DNA of 64,000 nt from the human T2T-CHM13v2.0 reference genome, Homo sapiens: NCBI RefSeq assembly GCF_009914755.1, contig NC_060927.1; one strand, given 5' to 3'. Numbering within the stretch: position 1 is the first letter of the stretch; each line of letters starts with the position of its first letter. Positions 60,529-64,000 of this stretch are shown piece by piece. A program made the position numbers and the translations under genes. A model generated the notes under the pieces. It made no database searches and was not told the origin of the DNA. It saw only the letters and a list, made by a program, of their open reading frames with translations.

Positions 60529-63500
60529 CATCCTGAAGGGCGGGTGGGGCTTCATCCTACAGAGATGAAAGGCAGAAGAAGCTCAGAGCCCAAAGCAAAG
60601 GGGTGGAGGACAAGGGCATCTTCAGAACAGAGTGGCTCGGCTGAGACATCCAGTAGGATGCCACCAGGCAGAGGTGTGGTGGAAAAACACAGGGCCACGG
60701 TGAAAGCTCACATGTGAGGAGCAAACCACCACAGAACACAACAGAAACACGGTGTACTAAATCAGGCTTCAAATCGCAGCCCTGCAACTTCAGAGCTACC
60801 ACAGGTAACCCAGAAAGGGAGCACGGACAGCACCGCCCACTGCCTGAGGCTATGAGATGGACCAGAAACCTGTGCTTACTAACAACCTGCCTTATTCCAG
60901 AAGGAATTCAGGAAACACAAAGACACTCACAGTACAGCAAAATAAAGTAAATGTGAATCATGTTGGCTGAGGAGAAAGTGAAGAGTCTAAGACTATGTCA
61001 TAAAGTTTACCTCTACTCTAAACTCTCATTACTGGCGAGCCACCAATCTGACTTTAAGTTTTCTAGCAGCTAAATTGAAGAGGAAAATGTAATCAGGTAA
61101 AGGTTTATAAGATGCAAACAAAACAGGACAGCCACCACAGTTGCTGAGAACACGTGCAGCTCCAGCTCCAGGAGAAACAGGGTGGCCATCTCCTGGGGCT
61201 GCCCCGCAGCAGGCGTGTGAGCCCCAAAGCCAGCGTCTCTCAGGGTGAACGGTGACTATGGGCTTCATGGGGCCACACACCTCCAGTACAAGCTGAGGAA
61301 ATCTCCCAGGGCAATTCAAGGAACAGGGTCTTACAATGTTGCCCAGGCTGGTCTCAAACGATCCCCCTGCCTCGGCCTCCCAAGGTGTTGGGAGGTCAGA
61401 CGTGAGCCACTGCATCTGGCCCCGCACGCACTTTATAGAGGAGGGCTTTGCATCCTGAAGGGCGAGTGGGGCTTCATCCTGCAGAGATGAAAGGCAGAGG
61501 AAGCTCAGAGCCCAAGGTAAAGGGGGGCGCCTAACAAAAGCGACTCCATTGGGACCACGGTGAGAGGGTCCCCATACACAGCTTGGGTTAAGCCAGACAC
61601 TGATTTCAAAGTATCTCAGGAATGGTGGACTCAGCACCTGTCAGGCAATTCTCTCTCTCAAGCAGGCTCCTGGTAGATATTTAGTAGCAGCTGAAATCAA
61701 GATTATGTTCTGACTGACACTTGCTGAGGGTTAAAGAGCTATATACGCTTTGAGGACCAGCTGAACTTGGGCAGGACTAACACCCTCTGGTGAAAATACG
61801 GGAACCCAAACACACGAGTCAGAGCAGGAGGTGTCTCCCCCACCCCCAAACAATAACGCTGACCTTGGATTTGGGTTAAGTGCCTAGCCCAGGGGTGTGA
61901 GTGTTCAGGAAGTGGAAACCATCATCACCATCATCAGGTAATGGAAAACCATCAAAGCTTTGAGCTGGCTTGTTAGCCAAGAATAGTAGTAGTGTATTAG
62001 CTACTACTAATACTCACAGCTGACAATTACTGAGCACTTGCTCCGTGCCAGGAATCACGGAAGCACCTCGCATGCATTTCCTCAATACTCCCCCCCAGTA
62101 ACGGCGAGGACACAAAACTGGTAGAGCCAGGACTGGAATCCAGGCAGGCCCCAAGGCACTCCAGTGGAGCCTGCCAAGGAGGGCAGGCTACCATGCTAAT
62201 GAGGTCCAGTATTTGACCACCACTCCTAGTTGAGCAAGTTTAACAGAAAACCTAAAACTAAACTTAAAATCTAAAAATTTGAGCAAATGCATAAAAAGCA
62301 GCTGTTAAAATGGATCATAAATCTTGCATCACTCGCTGGAAAACCACTCAAAATAAACGTCTCTGAGACATGGCCTCTGAGGAGGGCACTCCGTGTGGCT
62401 CGTATCACCCTGGTGACAAACCACGTGAACCTGGGTGGTCACCTGACCATATTGAACAGACGATGCACAGAGCCATTTGCATCCACTGTGGTCAACATTT
62501 AGGAAGTTTTAAGCTAAGATTTGCCAAATTGTGGCCTACTGGATTCCGGGTTCTCTTGACATCTCTTTCTAGTCGCCATGTCTTGCACTTCCCGAGTATA
62601 AATAAACTGAGATGCAAATAAAAAAAGGAGGATTTAAGAATAATGAAAAGAGAAAAATCAAGAAAGCACAATCACTAGTGTAGAGATAACAGAATTTCTG
62701 AATTCCCTGAAAACAATCTATATAAATGCATGTGAAATAATACACCAGCATCTGTGGCCCATACGTCACATATTAGGAACTGATAACATAAGGTAAACAT
62801 GTTACTCTGAAAACACAAATCCTCACAAATCATTAGGCAGTAAGACTGAATCCAGCACCTCCCCCACCCACAGCGCAGTGAGGCAGTGTCTAGCAGCCGT
62901 AGTGCTCCCCGCGCCCCAGTTCAGTCTCTGGCAACATCAGATACTTCCCACTAATAACGAGGAGCCTTTCAACATTTTCACAACATCTCAAAACTGACCC
63001 CTTTTCTAGCTTAAATGGCACGGATCTGGAAAGGCAAACTATACACAGAATCAGAAAAGATGACTGCCCCTGAGGGATTACAGAAAAAGCAGCAGTCAGG
63101 TGTTCAATGAAGTAAAATGTATCCAATGATAGCTCAGGGGAGGGGGATCAATTGAGCTGAAACTGGCAAGAACGTAACTCCAGGGAGCTCACAACACGCA
63201 AGGACCCGGATTTCCCGCTGCCTGAACGCCCAATATTCGCACACTGATAAGAACGCCTCCCCATAACTCCCCTGCCAGCGCCTCCAACACCCCCAATCCT
63301 TTCCCCAGGAACCCAGTCCCAGTTTCTGCAGTTCCTGTAACAGCCACGTTCCCACACAAGTGCTGCCTGAGCTCCCCAAGCCCTCCAACAATCACCCCCC
63401 AGTGCCCTCGAAGGTCTATTCAGAGAAGTCACCAAGATGCAGTCACCCAGGAAATTCAAGGACCCCCAACTTACCAAAAGGCTTTCGGCTGGACAGAGCT

Positions 63501-63790
63501 AACCTTCCTATTCCCCTCCTAAACCTACAACCTAGTTTTCATTTCTCAAGAAGCCTTTCCCTGCGCTCACGCACGCCGTTGTTAGCTGGCTCGGTGAGGC
63601 ACTCCAAGCAGTAACAGCGGTAGCCACAAAATAAACCAGAAGCATCTCCACCATGAAGCAGTAATAATAATTTGTCCTAATGATTCCTTTGTCCTTGGAA
63701 AATCAACTTCAGAAAGAAAGTTATCCACTGTGAGCAGGGCAGGCTCGCGGCTTCTTGGTCCGGAGACCCAGGTCCCACTGGCCCACTCAC

Positions 63791-63850
63791 CCTTGGAGAG
63801 AGCTTGCCGAAGCTGGGTGTCCGATATCACTCCACTCCTCTCTATCAACC
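63791..63850 (-). pseudogene. PDCD6: PDCD6 (ALG-2) exon 2 paralog, unprocessed pseudogene fragment
   Basis: tatag|GGTTGATAGAGAGGAGTGGAGTGATATCGGACACCCAGCTTCGGCAAGCTCTCTCCAAGG|gtgagt encodes [16 protein letters not shown], versus the recalled PDCD6 EF-hand 1 sequence [20 protein letters not shown]. It is 60 nt versus 62 recalled, implying a frameshift. Confidence 0.85.
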
Positions 63851-64000
63851 CTATAACATCAAGAAGACCAAACAAGCTGGCGATCGAAAGTTCAGGAAAA
63901 GCAAAACAAACGTCTCCTGTCAACCCTGCACCGACTCTGGAAGGCTCCCTCCTGGAACCTCCGCCTCTCCGGTCCCGCTGAGGAGTACAGCGGAATCAAG

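Overview
Hominoid (almost certainly human) genomic DNA, repeat-rich, with no intact protein-coding gene I can support; almost all ORF-track entries are Alu/L1/SVA/LTR or tandem-repeat artefacts. Bases 1-28.36 kb are intergenic-looking: many Alus, an LTR47-like solo LTR, MER5, a near full-length SVA, L1, LTR8 and the 3' half of a MER4 provirus. Bases 28.36-64 kb are a mosaic segmental duplication. It carries an unprocessed minus-strand SDHA pseudogene with exons 1-6 only (ATG>GTG, -1/+1 indels) plus its NRF1-rich CpG-island promoter, an inverted Alu/Alu junction, an LTR13 inside an Alu, a plus-strand PPP4R2 retrocopy that keeps one intron-like segment, a ~9 kb array of a 47-bp unit, and PDCD6 exon 2 (minus strand) near the end. 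The array has two unit subfamilies, an internal inversion and higher-order repeats. The layout fits the 3q29 SDHAP4/LOC220729 locus; this assignment and all parental-gene comparisons are from memory, not from an alignment. Most notable: PDCD6 lies upstream of SDHA here, the reverse of the parental order, suggesting a circular or tandem intermediate. I found no evidence for a CRISPR-like or prokaryotic-type system.
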